DNA from: Nemertoderma westbladi
Taxonomy: Eukaryota > Animalia > Xenacoelomorpha
Direction of reading: 5' to 3'
Assembly (NCBI GenBank): GCA_032718475.1
Contig: JAUCBJ010008625.1
Span: forward strand, 1 to 45,129
Length of the DNA stretch: 45,129 bases
Below the pieces are notes generated by a model. It had not been told where the DNA came from, did not search any database, and saw only the letters and a list, made by a program, of their open reading frames with translations. Of this stretch, positions 1-11,814 are shown piece by piece (position 1 is the stretch's first letter; each line of letters starts with the position of its first letter). The position numbers and the translations under genes are program-made.

Positions 1-705
1 GAAGACATCTTAATTTGGTGGGTTAAACTGCCAAAGGTCTGAAAGCGCGAACAGTTAGGTTTGTGTTAGTGACGGATAAACGTTGGATTTGGGGTGTGAT
101 CAGTGTTGGGTTAGTCTGGTTATTTTAAACATTTACCCACTATTTCCCACTCTCCCTGCCCACAAACCTTTGCCAGTGCGCTCTGTTTTAGTTGAGAATA
201 TAATTATTTTACCTGGACTGGGAATATTTTAGATAAGATAACGTTCAATTACATTGCGTAGAGTTATCATGGAACATGAGTGGAGGAAGAGCAGAGGATT
301 TCATTAGGATTACCGGATTCATAGCATCTATTCATTCCATCGACCTGCGCACTCCTCCCAAAATCCAGTTGTCACACTATATGATAACTGAATTTTTCCA
401 CAATGTCTCATTATATTCCCGAACTTTCCACATGATGAAGCAGGGAAAAAGTTTATGAATTTTTTCATCATTCTTTATTTTTTCCAAAGTGGATTTTACA
501 AGTATAACAATTTTAACTATTTATTGTATGGTAAATAAAGTATGCTTAATTAACCGCCCGTCCTGAGATCATTTATTGATTGAGCGAGTGCAACAAACGA
601 GGTCAATAAGAAAGATAGAGGAACGATAAGGTCAATTAAATATTTTCTATACTGTACAATATGTAATATTATTGTTATAATGTCATGCGTTTTGTTATCA
701 AGGTA

Positions 706-2103
706 TGTTGATAATTCTAACTTTGAAAGTCCTCAGCAAGTCTCTGATCGGATGAGCATAAGCTCAAAAGATGGTATGCTTGAGCATGTGGATGACTTCT
801 GTTACCTGGGATCATGGATCCGGAAGTCAGGTGAGGACCTTCGAATACGTAAGGGAAAGGCATGGGCAGCCTTGAATAGGCTTTCCAGGATTTGGAAAGT
901 CACCGAGAATTAATCGGAAACTTAAGGTCCGGTTATTTAGAGCAGCAGTAGTTCCAGTACTCCTCTATGGGAGTCCATGCTGGGCTCTAACTGCTGAGGA
1001 CACCAAATCTCTGGATGGCACATTCACAAGAATGCTACGCCGGGTTCATTGTGTCAAGTACAATGCACACATCTCCAACCAGACACTATATAACATTGGA
1101 GGTGTCTCATTGGTTCCCCCAAGCTTGACACTAGAACAAAATCGCCTCCGCTTTGCAGGACATTGCTTTCGCCGTGAGGACCAGCCAGTGCATAATCTTG
1201 TACTTTGGCAGCCTCATGGAGTGAATAAGCATGGTGGACAGCCCATGACTTTCTTGAGACGCATCTTAAAGGACACTGGCCTTGAAGATGCGGATGATCT
1301 ATCAAATGTCATGGGTGATAGGGAGTTGTGGCGGTGCAATTTTGTCGATATGCCGGCACAGCATTCTTAAAAATGCAGCTGCAATGCAGCATGCCGATCC
1401 TAGTAGAGGCATGCTGCAATTGCAACTCGGGAATCTGTGAGTTTCAGTCCAAGCCACCTGATGATATTGATGTGAGGCATGATCATAGATTGCATTGAGC
1501 TGGGCTGGGCAATATCCAGTTGCGTAGTGACATTTGCCATGCATTGTAAGTGGAGAACGACTCCCTCAAATAGTTTTTAGTGTTGGAAACTGAGGATATT
1601 AGCCCATTGAGGAGACAATGCGATGGCTGATTAGATTGGAACTAAACCGATGGTCAACTATACGAGCAGATGATGCACCTGGGCCCAAGCCAAGTCAATA
1701 ACCCAATTGTGAACACTCATACAGACTCGGTGCTGATGAATAAGAACCGACTATTCCTCTTTACAGAGTTTCCAAACAGTTGTGGCATGCCGGATAACCT
1801 TGCTGGAAATCGTTGTTGGAGCGTCTCCTCAACCAGTCTATAGGATGGTATTCTGGCATACTGAGTTGATTATGTTGTTGAATTTTCAGCAACACGGTTC
1901 CCTGCTCATTATCTTTCAATATTATTTTTTACTTCCCACTGAGTCGCATAGCCGAGCCCGCTCACTACATATCATCGTGATTCCCCATGACATCTGTGGT
2001 CAGAAGCAGCAGGACATTGCCCACCTAATTGTGTTCACCCCACACTCCTCTGCAAATTTATTACTAATTAACATTTGAACTACTTAACAATACATATCAC
2101 ACA
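706..2103 (-). mobile_element. Putative LTR, unit 1 (contains LINE A and a deletion)
   Basis: Paralog of 10264..11202. Confidence 0.4.
718..1405 (+). mobile_element. RTE-like non-LTR retrotransposon 3' fragment (insertion A, shortened by a deletion)
   Basis: RT C-terminal motifs 'HVDDFCYLGSWI' and 'RLRFAGHCFR..QPVHNLVLWQP..MGDRELWR'; frameshifted; ends 'gcatgccgatcctagta'. Confidence 0.88.
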
Positions 2104-2424
2104 TCCGTCCCCCCTCAGCTAAGGTTAATATCGGTAATATTATATTATAATATTATACGGTAATATTGAATAACTTAATAACTTAAATTTGCTTCTGAGA
2201 GATGAACACAGTTAATAAATGGTCAAACACATATCTCATTTGCAATTCGATTACTGTCTTCGCAGTGGTGTTGAAGTAGTTGTGTAGTAGTTGTGGGTAA
2301 TACTCGGAATATAATAATGTTCAATATCAATCAGCTGTCTAATAAGGGCCAATAAACAGACAACAATTAATGAAATTGACTGTGTGGTGCTAATTCAATT
2401 TGGATGAAACAGTCGAGGAGAACA

Positions 2425-3914
2425 CGTTCGTGGGGCCTTCGCGCAGCACGAGGCTCAGTTATGGGATACAAATTAAAATTGAGCAATTCTAACACAAAAT
2501 CTGTATTTAAGAAATTAACCAAACCGCAAATAAATCATAAGAGGGGAAAGTTGCTCGCTTTCAACCCCCCCCCCCCCCCCCCCCCTTAGTCTGCACCCCA
2601 ACCCAAAGGTACACAGAGGATTGTTCACAGGCATGTATTAACAGAAAATTGGTGTTTTAAAAGTAATATATTTTAGGCGTGGAGGCGACCCAATTTATAA
2701 GAAATATTATAACTTACCTTATGACGTTTTATATTGATACTGAAATATTAATTTTATTTAGCTATATTTATTCTAAAGAATCTCCATTAAATACTCAGCC
2801 AATCATTTTGCGAGATAAACAATAAGCAAGCTGTCTTATTACTCTGAGGGCCTAACACTATTGCATGTCCTATAGAATTACACCTTGCTGGAATAGTGGT
2901 GAGGTGGAACTGGTCGGACTGATTCCTAGCCCGGCAAACACACCGGACTCGTTCTAGCACATATCTGACTGTTTCAGCTAAATCAGTGATTGCACTTTGA
3001 GATATTTTGCCCTCTAGCGGCAGACTAGAGAACTGCAGACAGATGAGCCTCCCTTTGAATGACACAGTTAATGGTCTAGTACAAATATGCAAAGTTTCAG
3101 CTAGAACGGGTTTAAAGCAAAGAAAATGTGAGGATATTTAATATCTAGACATGTAGCCCTCTAGCGAGAGACTGAGGATTTGATGGTGTCTGGAAGTCCC
3201 TAAAAAACAAAACTTATGGTCTTATTGATGCCTACTAATTTTAGACTCGAAAGCTTTAAATCCGACGAAGTTATAAGTAAGTCAAAATCGTAGCGACGAT
3301 GATGACATACAGTACCATTATTGAATGAACTATTTGCCATAATTGACCTACCCCCCTAAGAGATAGCGTCAGTTCGCAAAGGCTCCGCCAACTTCGTGGC
3401 TCGGACCCTATACCCCATGCTATAAAATGTATTCGATCGATATACAATTATATATTAATCCGCTAGGTGGTGTCAAATTATTATTCTGCAATTTCGTACT
3501 TGTACAGTACAGCAGTACCGTACCGGTAGGCCTATGTCATTACTTCGGAGTCTCTAGCCGATCCCCAATTAAATGTCTTAACTTTTCAATTTCGTAGAAG
3601 ATAGACTTTATGATTCTCTACAAGCAACCAAAATTTCAGCTCTGGAAAATGAGGCGTTCCCGAGAAATTTAACATTTTCTAAAAACCACATAATCTGTCG
3701 TAGCTGACGTCAGACTGCATGATTTTTCACCAAACTTTACAAATTTTCTAAACTTTCCCTCTACTACTTACCTACTAAGTTTGGTTCAATTTCGAATCAG
3801 CGATGCCGAGAAATTCGCGTTCAAACATTTACCAGACAGACGACAGACAGACGGACATGCCCCATTTGCCCTATGAACCGTATGCCTAGGCTCGCCGACT
3901 ACGTGTCTCGCCCC
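2425..3914. mobile_element. Unit-1-specific 1.5-kb segment containing DINE-1/HINE (Helentron-related)-like repeats
   Basis: Absent from units 2-4, with 'aca' at both junctions. Contains a (CAGA)n-type microsatellite at ~3832-3856 followed by a GC-rich stem-loop-like motif, and a similar motif at ~3381-3410. Confidence 0.4.
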
Positions 3915-4253
3915 ACATATTACCGTAATATAATGTCAATCATGGAGCGTATCCACTATATAGTCTGAATTAATATAAAAAGCTTCAGTGGAACTAAGCG
4001 AATAAGGACAAATATATTTTAAAATTAATTAATGGTGATGAAACACATCATCATCAACTGCAGCTTGACAATCCAATTCATGACAATTCTGTATTATTAG
4101 TTTTGGTTTTTTATTAATAAAAGGAATTACTTTAATTATTTTATTTTTATTTTATTATTTTTAATTAATTATTAACTTGTGAGGCGCGTGAAGCGCGCAT
4201 GGCTTGCTAGTTGGTAACTAAAATGGTTACTAACATGAATCATTTTCAGAGAT

Positions 4254-4432
4254 GGGGGGGGGGGGGGGGGGGGGGGGTTAACAGGAATGGGGGGTAACAG
4301 GAATGGGGGGTAACAGGAATCACTCTGTCTGAGACGGGGTGTAACAGCACTGGGGGGGGGGGGATGTAACAGGAACAATGGGGGTGGGGGGGGGGGGGGG
4401 GGGGGGGGGGTGGGGGGTAACAGGACAGTACC
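4254..4432. repeat. G-rich minisatellite (Gn-TAACAGGAAT), length-variable (also 11858-11998, 23424-23603, 36179-36319)
   Basis: Repeated 'ggggtaacaggaat' with long poly-G runs; ends at 'caggacagtacc'. Confidence 0.85.
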
Positions 4433-4477
4433 ACTTAAATACCTTAAATTAGCTGTTTGTTGTTTATTACTACAGTT

Positions 4478-4842
4478 CCAACACTAGAAGCAAGCTGCTC
4501 CAATGAACAGAGGAGCCTTTAGGCTCCCTCTAGTGATTCTGACAGTACCCGTAAGTCATAGCGAAATCTAGATAAGTAAGTCTACTTCTTGTTCCAGTAG
4601 GTGGTATTACCCTTACATTCTCTTTATTGAGATGACCTAAGGACATTTGTAGAACATAATCAACCCCAATTATGAATATGAATGGTGTTGAATATGTGTG
4701 TCATCACACTGAAGAACCCCCTCCGCGTGATCCTATAGTTGCAATAATGTACATCAGAAATCCCATATGCTGCAAGTATGCTGAACAAACGTGGCCGGGA
4801 GACTGAGTCGAAGGCCTTAAATAAGTCAACATAGAGTAGCAT
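4478..4842 (-). mobile_element. Old degenerate RTE-like fragment (C), shortened in unit 1
   Basis: 'LLYVDLFKAFDSVSRPRLFSILAAYGI' RT motif; lacks ~0.9 kb present in units 2-4. Confidence 0.75.
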
Positions 4843-6386
4843 ACTTTTCCATGAAATAGTGTATGGTATTTATCACTTAATGTCTTCCAAGAATTGTTTA
4901 AGTCTAATGGTGTCATCATTGGATTGGCAGACATGAAAAGTTGAGATCCTAGAGCAAGAGACCTAGCGCAATGCAGGCGTGCCATGAAAGAATTGAGTTG
5001 ATAAGATGTTCGAGTACTAAAATAGGTATCTTCATAGACTTCTTACCTAGTGAAATCAGACCAATAAATGATCAAAATGAACGCATACCTGTACCTGTAG
5101 CACCTTGAGGATGTGGTGTGGGTTGTAGTAGCTTAATGTTCCCAAAGTGCTGGTTAAATGTTGCTGATGGTAAAGCACACATATTGGCCCCTGTGTCGGC
5201 AACCAGTGCAAAACCACAGGTAAATTAATGTACCCAATATTGCACCTATTCACACACTTCAATTCAGCTTGAACATGGGATAAATCAGAGCCTTGTGATG
5301 TGGTATGCGTGATCAGTGTTCCAATGAGTTAGGTTGATTTTCATTAATGTATTCCGAAATATTGTCATTATAATTTTGAGGCGAAATATTCATCATATAA
5401 TTTCCCCAGAAAAATCTTATGAAACAAAATACATAATACATGTTGTCGAGTGGTTGCTCCATCAAATCCTGGAAATGTGACTGCTGCTGCTGGGATGCTG
5501 AAGAGAATCTGAGTCAGCAGAAATATATTGTACATAGCATTGCTGCACAGGTTGGAGAGTGGAACGGAGTCGACACATTCTACTGTAGTGATTAGTGATT
5601 GGGATTGTGACAATATATACAAATTTTTCCTAGTGGAATTTTGGCAGCAATTATGATAAGTATAACAATTGGGATTGCCTGTGTAGGCAGCAGCATTAGA
5701 CATTGGGATATGTGATGGAGATGTTAGTCTAGGGCGGCCAAATCGTGGTCTTTGTAAAAACAATTGCTCATGGGCCTAGGTGTGTATCCAGTAGGCCTAT
5801 TGAGAAATGGTCTGTGAATGGAGTGAGGGAGGTATTGAAATTGAGATCTTTGACCTTGAAATTGGCTTATTTGAATAATAGAAGTACAGGTATTAGTAGG
5901 CCTATTCTCGATTGTTGCCTTTTCATCCTTTCCTGTTTCCCCACTTTCGATCAGTTTAATTGCATCAACTAAAGATAGATCTAGGCCTTTCCTAAGCAAT
6001 TTTTTACGAGCTTCAGATGAACTGCAGTGCATCTAGAAGTCAATTGTCGTCTGGATTACCAGTTTCCTCATTATAACCGCATTTTTCGAAAATGCTACGC
6101 ATTGCAGTCAATAGTCACAGAATGGGTTCATTGTCCTTCTGATGTTTGTCATTTAATTGTTTTCTAAACCCCCGGTGACCTGTACCACCATGAATATGTT
6201 TTTCAAGTTTATCAACATCATTTTTTTCAACAGCTGTCAAGCGTTTATTTAATTGCGATATTAACCATACATTATCTTGTCAGCCACTAGTAGAGGCTAA
6301 CAGTGTGATATAGCGTAATTTGCGGTGAGCTGCTATATAGGTGGGGTCATCTGGGCTTGCTGGGGCTGTTATACCTGACCTGCCAT
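4843..6386 (-). mobile_element. Decayed Ty3/gypsy-like gag + aspartic protease remnant
   Basis: Manual translation across stops and frameshifts gives gag-like 'KHQKDNEPI..MRSIFEKCGY..LLDAL..EARKKLLRKGLDLSLVDAIKLIESGE' and protease 'LHWL-DTGANMCALPS..IPILVLEHLI..ILSWHACIAL', then 'DKYHTLFHGK'. Confidence 0.72.
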
Positions 6387-6642
6387 ATCTGTTGACATAT
6401 CAAACGGCCTACCAATCAACTTAACTGACATTGTTAATGGGTGGAGATTTTTGTATATCATTTGCTCTTTAGGCGGGTTTGACACTGTTTTACCCCTTAA
6501 TGGGTTAAACTAGGCACTTCTAAATAGCACCATACATAATTAGAATTATCTATTATCAATTTAATTTATATGTTATTATATATAATTTCATGCAAAATAT
6601 ACTACCTTTATTACGATACCTTTATGGTTTAGCTGTTGAACA

Positions 6643-7875
6643 ATGTATATAGTTTTATTGCAAACGATTTTCTGCTTATATTATTGCATGGATTTTTCTG
6701 TTGCTAATTGGAGAGAAACATTTACCAATAATTCTAACACAACGAAATCAGATTTATATCACAAGTATTTTATCAATATCCTTCAAGATGATTTTGATGA
6801 AGTTCTCTATTGGTTTAATGGTTATTACAGTGTTGTAGATTTCTTCCTCGCAAAAATTCTCACACCATACATATCGATAAATAATATATTTGGATTGGTT
6901 GGAAATATATTTATAATTATCACGATATTTCGCGAAAAATCATTTAACACTCTGTTTTATAGAATGTTAGCTGTTAAGTCAGTTTTTGATATTCTCATAT
7001 CTTTTGGATCTTTTTTAGTTCATGGCAGTAATATGGGTTGGTTCCGCAGCTCCATTACAATTGAAAAGGTCAATGGCATTACCATAAACCACTTGCATTG
7101 TTATAACGTTATTTACTGGATATTTCAGCTTTATTGGCAAATGCTAAACTGGTTTTTAAAGAATGGAAATGATACACTGATATTAATAATGGGTGTAGAA
7201 CGCGTATCAGCACTCTATTTACCAGTTTGGTATAAAAATACAAAATTGAAAAACAATAATATGATTTACTATACTGTATTACTGCTATTTATATATACAG
7301 CTTGTTTTTACTGGCCTTTTGCTCTAATGTATAAGCCTGAAATTCGTTATGTTGATAGACATAGGCAATATTGGGCAATATACAATTATTGGGAAGCGCA
7401 TAACATATATATCCATAGAGCTTATCAATTTCTTGATTATTTCTCTCCTATTAGAATAAGCGTACAAGTTCTCGGAATATTAATTATCAATTGGCTTATG
7501 ATTTATAAATTAAGAAAACTAAATTACGACAAACAAAATTCATCATCTGGCAAATTGGTTGCAGCAGCACGTTTGATGCTAATAAATGGGATATTGATGT
7601 GCATAAAAGATTTTCTCTACATGTTGTGGTACATAATATCCAAATATCACGACACAATTGAAGCCCAAATAGGACCAAAATCAACAATAACGGAAGTATT
7701 GCATTGGAGGAAACTATGGCTTGCCAGTGATTACATCGCTGTATTAAGTAATTGTCTTTTTATTACTTACTGTATAGATTTTTACCTCATGTATATGTTT
7801 GTTGGTAGTTTTAGAAATGCTGTAAAGGTCAACATATTTAAACCATTAAGAAAATATTTTAAAATAAGTCGATAA
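6643..7875 (+). CDS. Orphan class A (rhodopsin-like) 7TM GPCR, 410 aa, single ORF; copy 1
   Basis: Seven hydrophobic segments plus a hydrophobic N-terminus. TM1 'FGLVGN', TM2 'LAVKSVFD', TM3 'MGVERVSALYLP' (DRY-like), TM7/helix 8 'IDFYLMYMFVGSFR' (NPxxY-like). N-terminal sequons NNS/NTT. Resembles invertebrate peptide-receptor-like/chemoreceptor-like expansions. Confidence 0.9.
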   Translation: MYIVLLQTIFCLYYCMDFSVANWRETFTNNSNTTKSDLYHKYFINILQDDFDEVLYWFNGYYSVVDFFLAKILTPYISINNIFGLVGNIFIIITIFREKSFNTLFYRMLAVKSVFDILISFGSFLVHGSNMGWFRSSITIEKVNGITINHLHCYNVIYWIFQLYWQMLNWFLKNGNDTLILIMGVERVSALYLPVWYKNTKLKNNNMIYYTVLLLFIYTACFYWPFALMYKPEIRYVDRHRQYWAIYNYWEAHNIYIHRAYQFLDYFSPIRISVQVLGILIINWLMIYKLRKLNYDKQNSSSGKLVAAARLMLINGILMCIKDFLYMLWYIISKYHDTIEAQIGPKSTITEVLHWRKLWLASDYIAVLSNCLFITYCIDFYLMYMFVGSFRNAVKVNIFKPLRKYFKISR

Positions 7876-7901
7876 ACATATAATAGTGAATCGAAACTGA
7901 T

Positions 7902-8083
7902 ATATTTACAAACTATTGTCTATTAGATATAAACTGGAGCCCTGTGCGGTAAAAGTTCACTTTCGGCAGTATTTGACAACTAATATTTATTAATATTTAC
8001 AAACTATTGTCTATTAGATATAAACTGGAGCCCTGTGCGGTAAAAGTTCACTTTCGGCAGTATTTGACAACTAATGTTTATTA
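7902..8083 (+). repeat. 91-bp VNTR, 2 copies, immediately 3' of GPCR copy 1
   Basis: Monomer 'atatttacaaactattgtctattagatataaactggagccctgtgcggtaaaagttcactttcggcagtatttgacaactaatatttatta'. Confidence 0.95.
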
Positions 8084-8479
8084 TTCTGTATTATTTTAAC
8101 TTCTAATAATTGGCGAATTGCATATCTTTCCTTATCATTATAATTAATGTATATCCTTATTTATAATTACTATTTGTTTGCTTAAAATATTATTGGTTAA
8201 ATATATTAGAATGTTTTTTTATCCTTAACCGTGTTTTATTCAAACATTAAGTGGGGTCCCCCATTCTTCGGTTGGGGATGGGTGGTTATCAGCCATGGGG
8301 CGATCTTAATGTCCACTGATATGGACTGCGCTTATCTTTCTCTCCAGGTAAAATCTGTGGGGTAGAAGCTCAGATACAATAATAAACAGATCCCGTTTTT
8401 TCATTTTTTGCCTACGTAGAGGAGTAAAACATCCATTTATACTAATCACATTATTATTATTAATCAAATTATTATAATC

Positions 8480-8900
8480 TTCATGTGGTTTCCCGCCAGT
8501 TAGGTTAAAACTGAATAGGAATCCCATGCTACCCGCCACCACTGAAATTCTTTGAGTTTAATTCAGCGATCAAGATTTTCGGGTCCATGAGTCTGGAATT
8601 TGGCCACCGCCTGGCTGCCATCAAAGGGTCAATCGGTACGCAAGTTCACGCCGCTTTGGATGAACAGTTCGAGTATTCGCTGTTTGTGTTGTTCAGATAA
8701 CAGTCGGAGTTCCTCCACCTCGATACAGCGTTGCTGTTCATGCTGTTCTTCCCCTCTTTCCTCTACTCTACATCTATCCACCGACTTTGGGCCACATCTT
8801 TGTGTCGTTGAGCTTCCATTTGTTGGAGAATTAATGTCAGTTCGGTTTGGCCACCACCTCGTAAAGTGGGTTTATCACTGCAATCGTCGTTCTCTTCCAT
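8480..8900 (-). mobile_element. Second decayed gypsy-like gag N-terminal fragment (also ~18790-19220, ~30285-30720, ~43185-43600)
   Basis: Coiled-coil 'EEQHEQQRCIEVEELRLLSEQHKQR', then 'GPENLDR*IKLKEFQWWRVAWDSYSVLT', resembling invertebrate gypsy gag N-termini; in-frame stops. Confidence 0.45.
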
Positions 8901-8957
8901 GAGATACCAGTGCAAATGCTTCCATAAGCGAGCTGTGGAGTCTTTCGATTTGATTTG

Positions 8958-9111
8958 GATCTCCTTTGCAAAAGTGAAGGCTGTTGCAAAGAGCATTAAG
9001 ACCAATCGTGCCAGTGGAGTAGATGGTGTTCCCCCTGAGGTCTTTAAAATACCTGAGTGTTTAAAGCTCATCTATCCCATCATAGTAGACATGTACCGAA
9101 CAACAAGAGTC
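8958..9111 (+). mobile_element. Short internal RTE-like fragment D (also 19274-19493, 30758-31005, 43653-43872)
   Basis: 'ISFAKVKAVAKSIKTNRASGVDGVPPEVFK' matches the RT N-terminal region of element B. A 66-bp tandem duplication is present in the last three copies. Confidence 0.8.
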
Positions 9112-9223
9112 TGCTGACGGCAAGTCAACAATAGTACCGTAGGCTACTGTTGGCTTCTATATTACCGGTATATACTTTATGTGCGTTCGATTTATGAAAT
9201 TTTTTTAAAACTTTTTCAGTAAT

Positions 9224-9550
9224 GTTAGGGTTCGATTAATTTTTGGTTAGGTTTGTGTTAGTGATTTTTGGGGTGTGATCAGTGTTGGGTTAGTCTGGTT
9301 ATTTTATACATTTAACCACTATTTCCCACTCTCCCTGCCCACAAAACCTTTGTCCACAGACCTATTATTAATTGTAGTACAACCTTATCCAAACGCTAGC
9401 CAACCTCTAACCCAATTTAAATCAAACAAACCTAAACCAACCCTAGCTAGAACATTCCTGATCCAACCACAACCAAAACAACTCTTACCTAATCTACCCT
9501 GAACCCAACCCTAACCCAAATCCTAATTACTAATCCCAGCCCCGAACCAA
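9224..9550. repeat. Degenerate GGTTAG/CCTAAC-rich repeat region (also ~19607-19930, ~31077-31400, ~43986-44310)
   Basis: Dispersed 'gttagg' motifs followed by oppositely oriented 'cctaaccc' motifs; probable MITE remnant. Confidence 0.45.
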
Positions 9551-10263
9551 GATATAATAATTTTCACCATGTCACTTGAAAACACACCTCTAGGAGAGAG
9601 ATACGTAATTTGATTAGATTAGCATAGCATACTAGGTACTCAGCACTGCCAATTACATTCTCTAAAGGTAATTCCATACGAGTTGAGTATGTCTCGTAAG
9701 GGTATGCGCCATCGGAAATCCATAACGCTCTTGGTGCGCTCTGTTTTAGTTGAGAATATAATTATTTTACCTGGACTGGGAATATTTTAGATAAGATAAC
9801 GTTCAATTACATTGCGTAGAGTTATCATGGAACATGAGTGGAGGAAGAGCAGAGGATTTCATTAGGATTACCGGATTCATAGCATCTATTCATTCCATCG
9901 ACCTGCGCACTCCTCCCAAAATCCAGTTGTCACACTACATGATCACTGAATTTTTCCACAATGTCTCATTATATTCCCGAACTTTCCACATGATGAAGCA
10001 GGGAAAAAGTTTATGAATTTTTTCATCATTCTTTATTTTTTCCAAAGTGGATTTTACAAGTATATAAATTTTAACTATTTATTGTATGGTAAATAAAGTA
10101 TGCTTAATTAACCGCTCGTCCTGAGATCATTTATTGATTGAGCGAGTGCAACAAACGAGGTCAATAAGAAAGATAGAGGAACGATAAGGTCAATTAAATA
10201 TTTTCTATACTGTACAATATGTAATATTATTGTTATAATGTCATGTGTTTTGTTATCAAGGTA

Positions 10264-11202
10264 TGTTGATAATTCTAAGTATTTTGACTACTGGACTGGA
10301 GGTGAAACTGAGCTTTAGTATGGGTACAGCAGCCGCTTACACTGCAGTAAGCACACAAGTAGTATGTATTATATCTTACTGGGGGTAAGTTATGTATATT
10401 TAATTTGCCACTGCCCCAAGGTCGAGTGATAACTTATGTCATACAGAATGATGGTGCATCTGTGGAGCTTGACTACATTGTACCAGAACCGAGGCATGCT
10501 GCAATTGCAACTTGGGAATCTGTGAGTTTCAGTCCAAGCCACCTGATGAGATAGATGTGATGCATGATCATAGAGGGCATTGAGCTGGGCTGGGCAATAT
10601 CCAGTTGCGTAGTGACATTTGCCATGCATTGTAAGTGGAGAACGACTCCCTCAAATAGTTTTTAGTGTTGGAAACTGAGGATATTAGCCCATTGAGGCGA
10701 CAATGCGATGGCTGATCAGATTGGAACTCAACCGATGGTTAACTATACGAGCTGGTTGATGATGCACCTGGGCCCAAGCCAAGTCAATAACCCAATTGTG
10801 AACACTCATACTGGACTCCTCAGACTCGGTGCTGAGGAATAAGAACCGACTATTCCTCTTTACAGAGTTTCCAAACAGTTGTGGCATGCCGGATAACCTT
10901 GCTGGAAATCCTTGTTGGAGCGTCTCCTCAACCAGTCTATAGGATGGTATTCTGGCATACCGAGTTGATTATGTTGTTGAATCTTCAGCAACACGGTTCC
11001 CTGCTCATTATCTTCCAATATGATTTTTTACCTCCCACTGAGTCGCATAGCCGAGCCCGCTCACTACATATCATCGTGATTCCCCATGACATCTGGGGTC
11101 AGAAGCAGCAGGACATTGCCCACCTAATTGTGTTCACCCCACACTCCTCTGCAAATTTATTACTAATTAACATTTGAACTACTTAACAATACATATCACA
11201 CA
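10264..11202 (-). mobile_element. Putative 3' LTR (~940 bp) preceded by a polypurine tract
   Basis: Minus strand reads PPT 'gaggggggacgga', then TGTGTGATAT...ATTATCAACA (TG..CA with imperfect terminal inverted repeats). Confidence 0.45.
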
Positions 11203-11785
11203 TCCGTCCCCCCTCAGCTAAAGTTAATATCGGTAATATTATATTATAATATTATACGGTAATATTGAATAACTTAATAACTTATATTTGCTTCTGAGAG
11301 ATGAACACAGTTAATAAATGGTCAAACACATATCTCATTTGCAATTCGATTACTGTCTTCGCAGTGGTGTTGAAGTAGTTGTGTAGTAGTTGTGGGTAAT
11401 ACTCGGAATATAATAATGTTCAATATCAATCAGCTGTCTAATAAGGGCCAATAAACAGACAACAATTAATGAAATTGACTGTGTGGTGCTAATTCAATTT
11501 GGATGAAACAGTCGAGGAGAACATATTGCCGTAATATAATGTCAATCATGGAGAGTATCCACTATATAGTCTGAATTAATATAAAAAGCTTTAGTGGAAC
11601 TAAGCGAATAAGGACAAATATATTTTAAAATTAATTAATGGTGATGAAACACATCATCATCAACACTGCATCTTGACAATCCAATTCATGACAATTTCTG
11701 TATTATTTGTTTTGGTTTTTTATTAATAAAAGGAATTACTCTAATTATTTTATTTTTATTATTTTTAATTAATTATTAACTTGTG

Positions 11786-11814
11786 AGGCGCGTGAAGCGC
11801 GCCTGGCTTGCTAG
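11786..11814 (+). mobile_element. Helitron-like 3' terminus: GC hairpin + CTAG|T (also 4182-4210, 23352-23380, 36107-36135)
   Basis: aggcgcg-tgaag-cgcgcct stem-loop, 6 nt, then CTAG followed by T. Confidence 0.5.

Noticed and set aside
276-458. Recurrent 60-aa ORF MSGGRAEDF...
   Set aside because: Recurs only because of the duplication; broken by a stop in unit 4 (31686 atgagtggatga); no recognisable domain.
1782-2078. Recurrent 98-aa ORF MACRITLLE...
   Set aside because: Non-ATG start, lies inside the putative LTR, no motif support.
4172-4434. Proline-rich ORFs
   Set aside because: Artefacts of poly-C/G runs; frames differ between units.
8251-8282. Hairpin with cTTCGg loop as a possible ncRNA or terminator
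   Set aside because: Stem is poorly paired and there is no other RNA-gene evidence.
9400-9550. Telomere or interstitial telomeric repeat
   Set aside because: CCTAAC motifs are sparse and degenerate, not a tandem telomeric tract.
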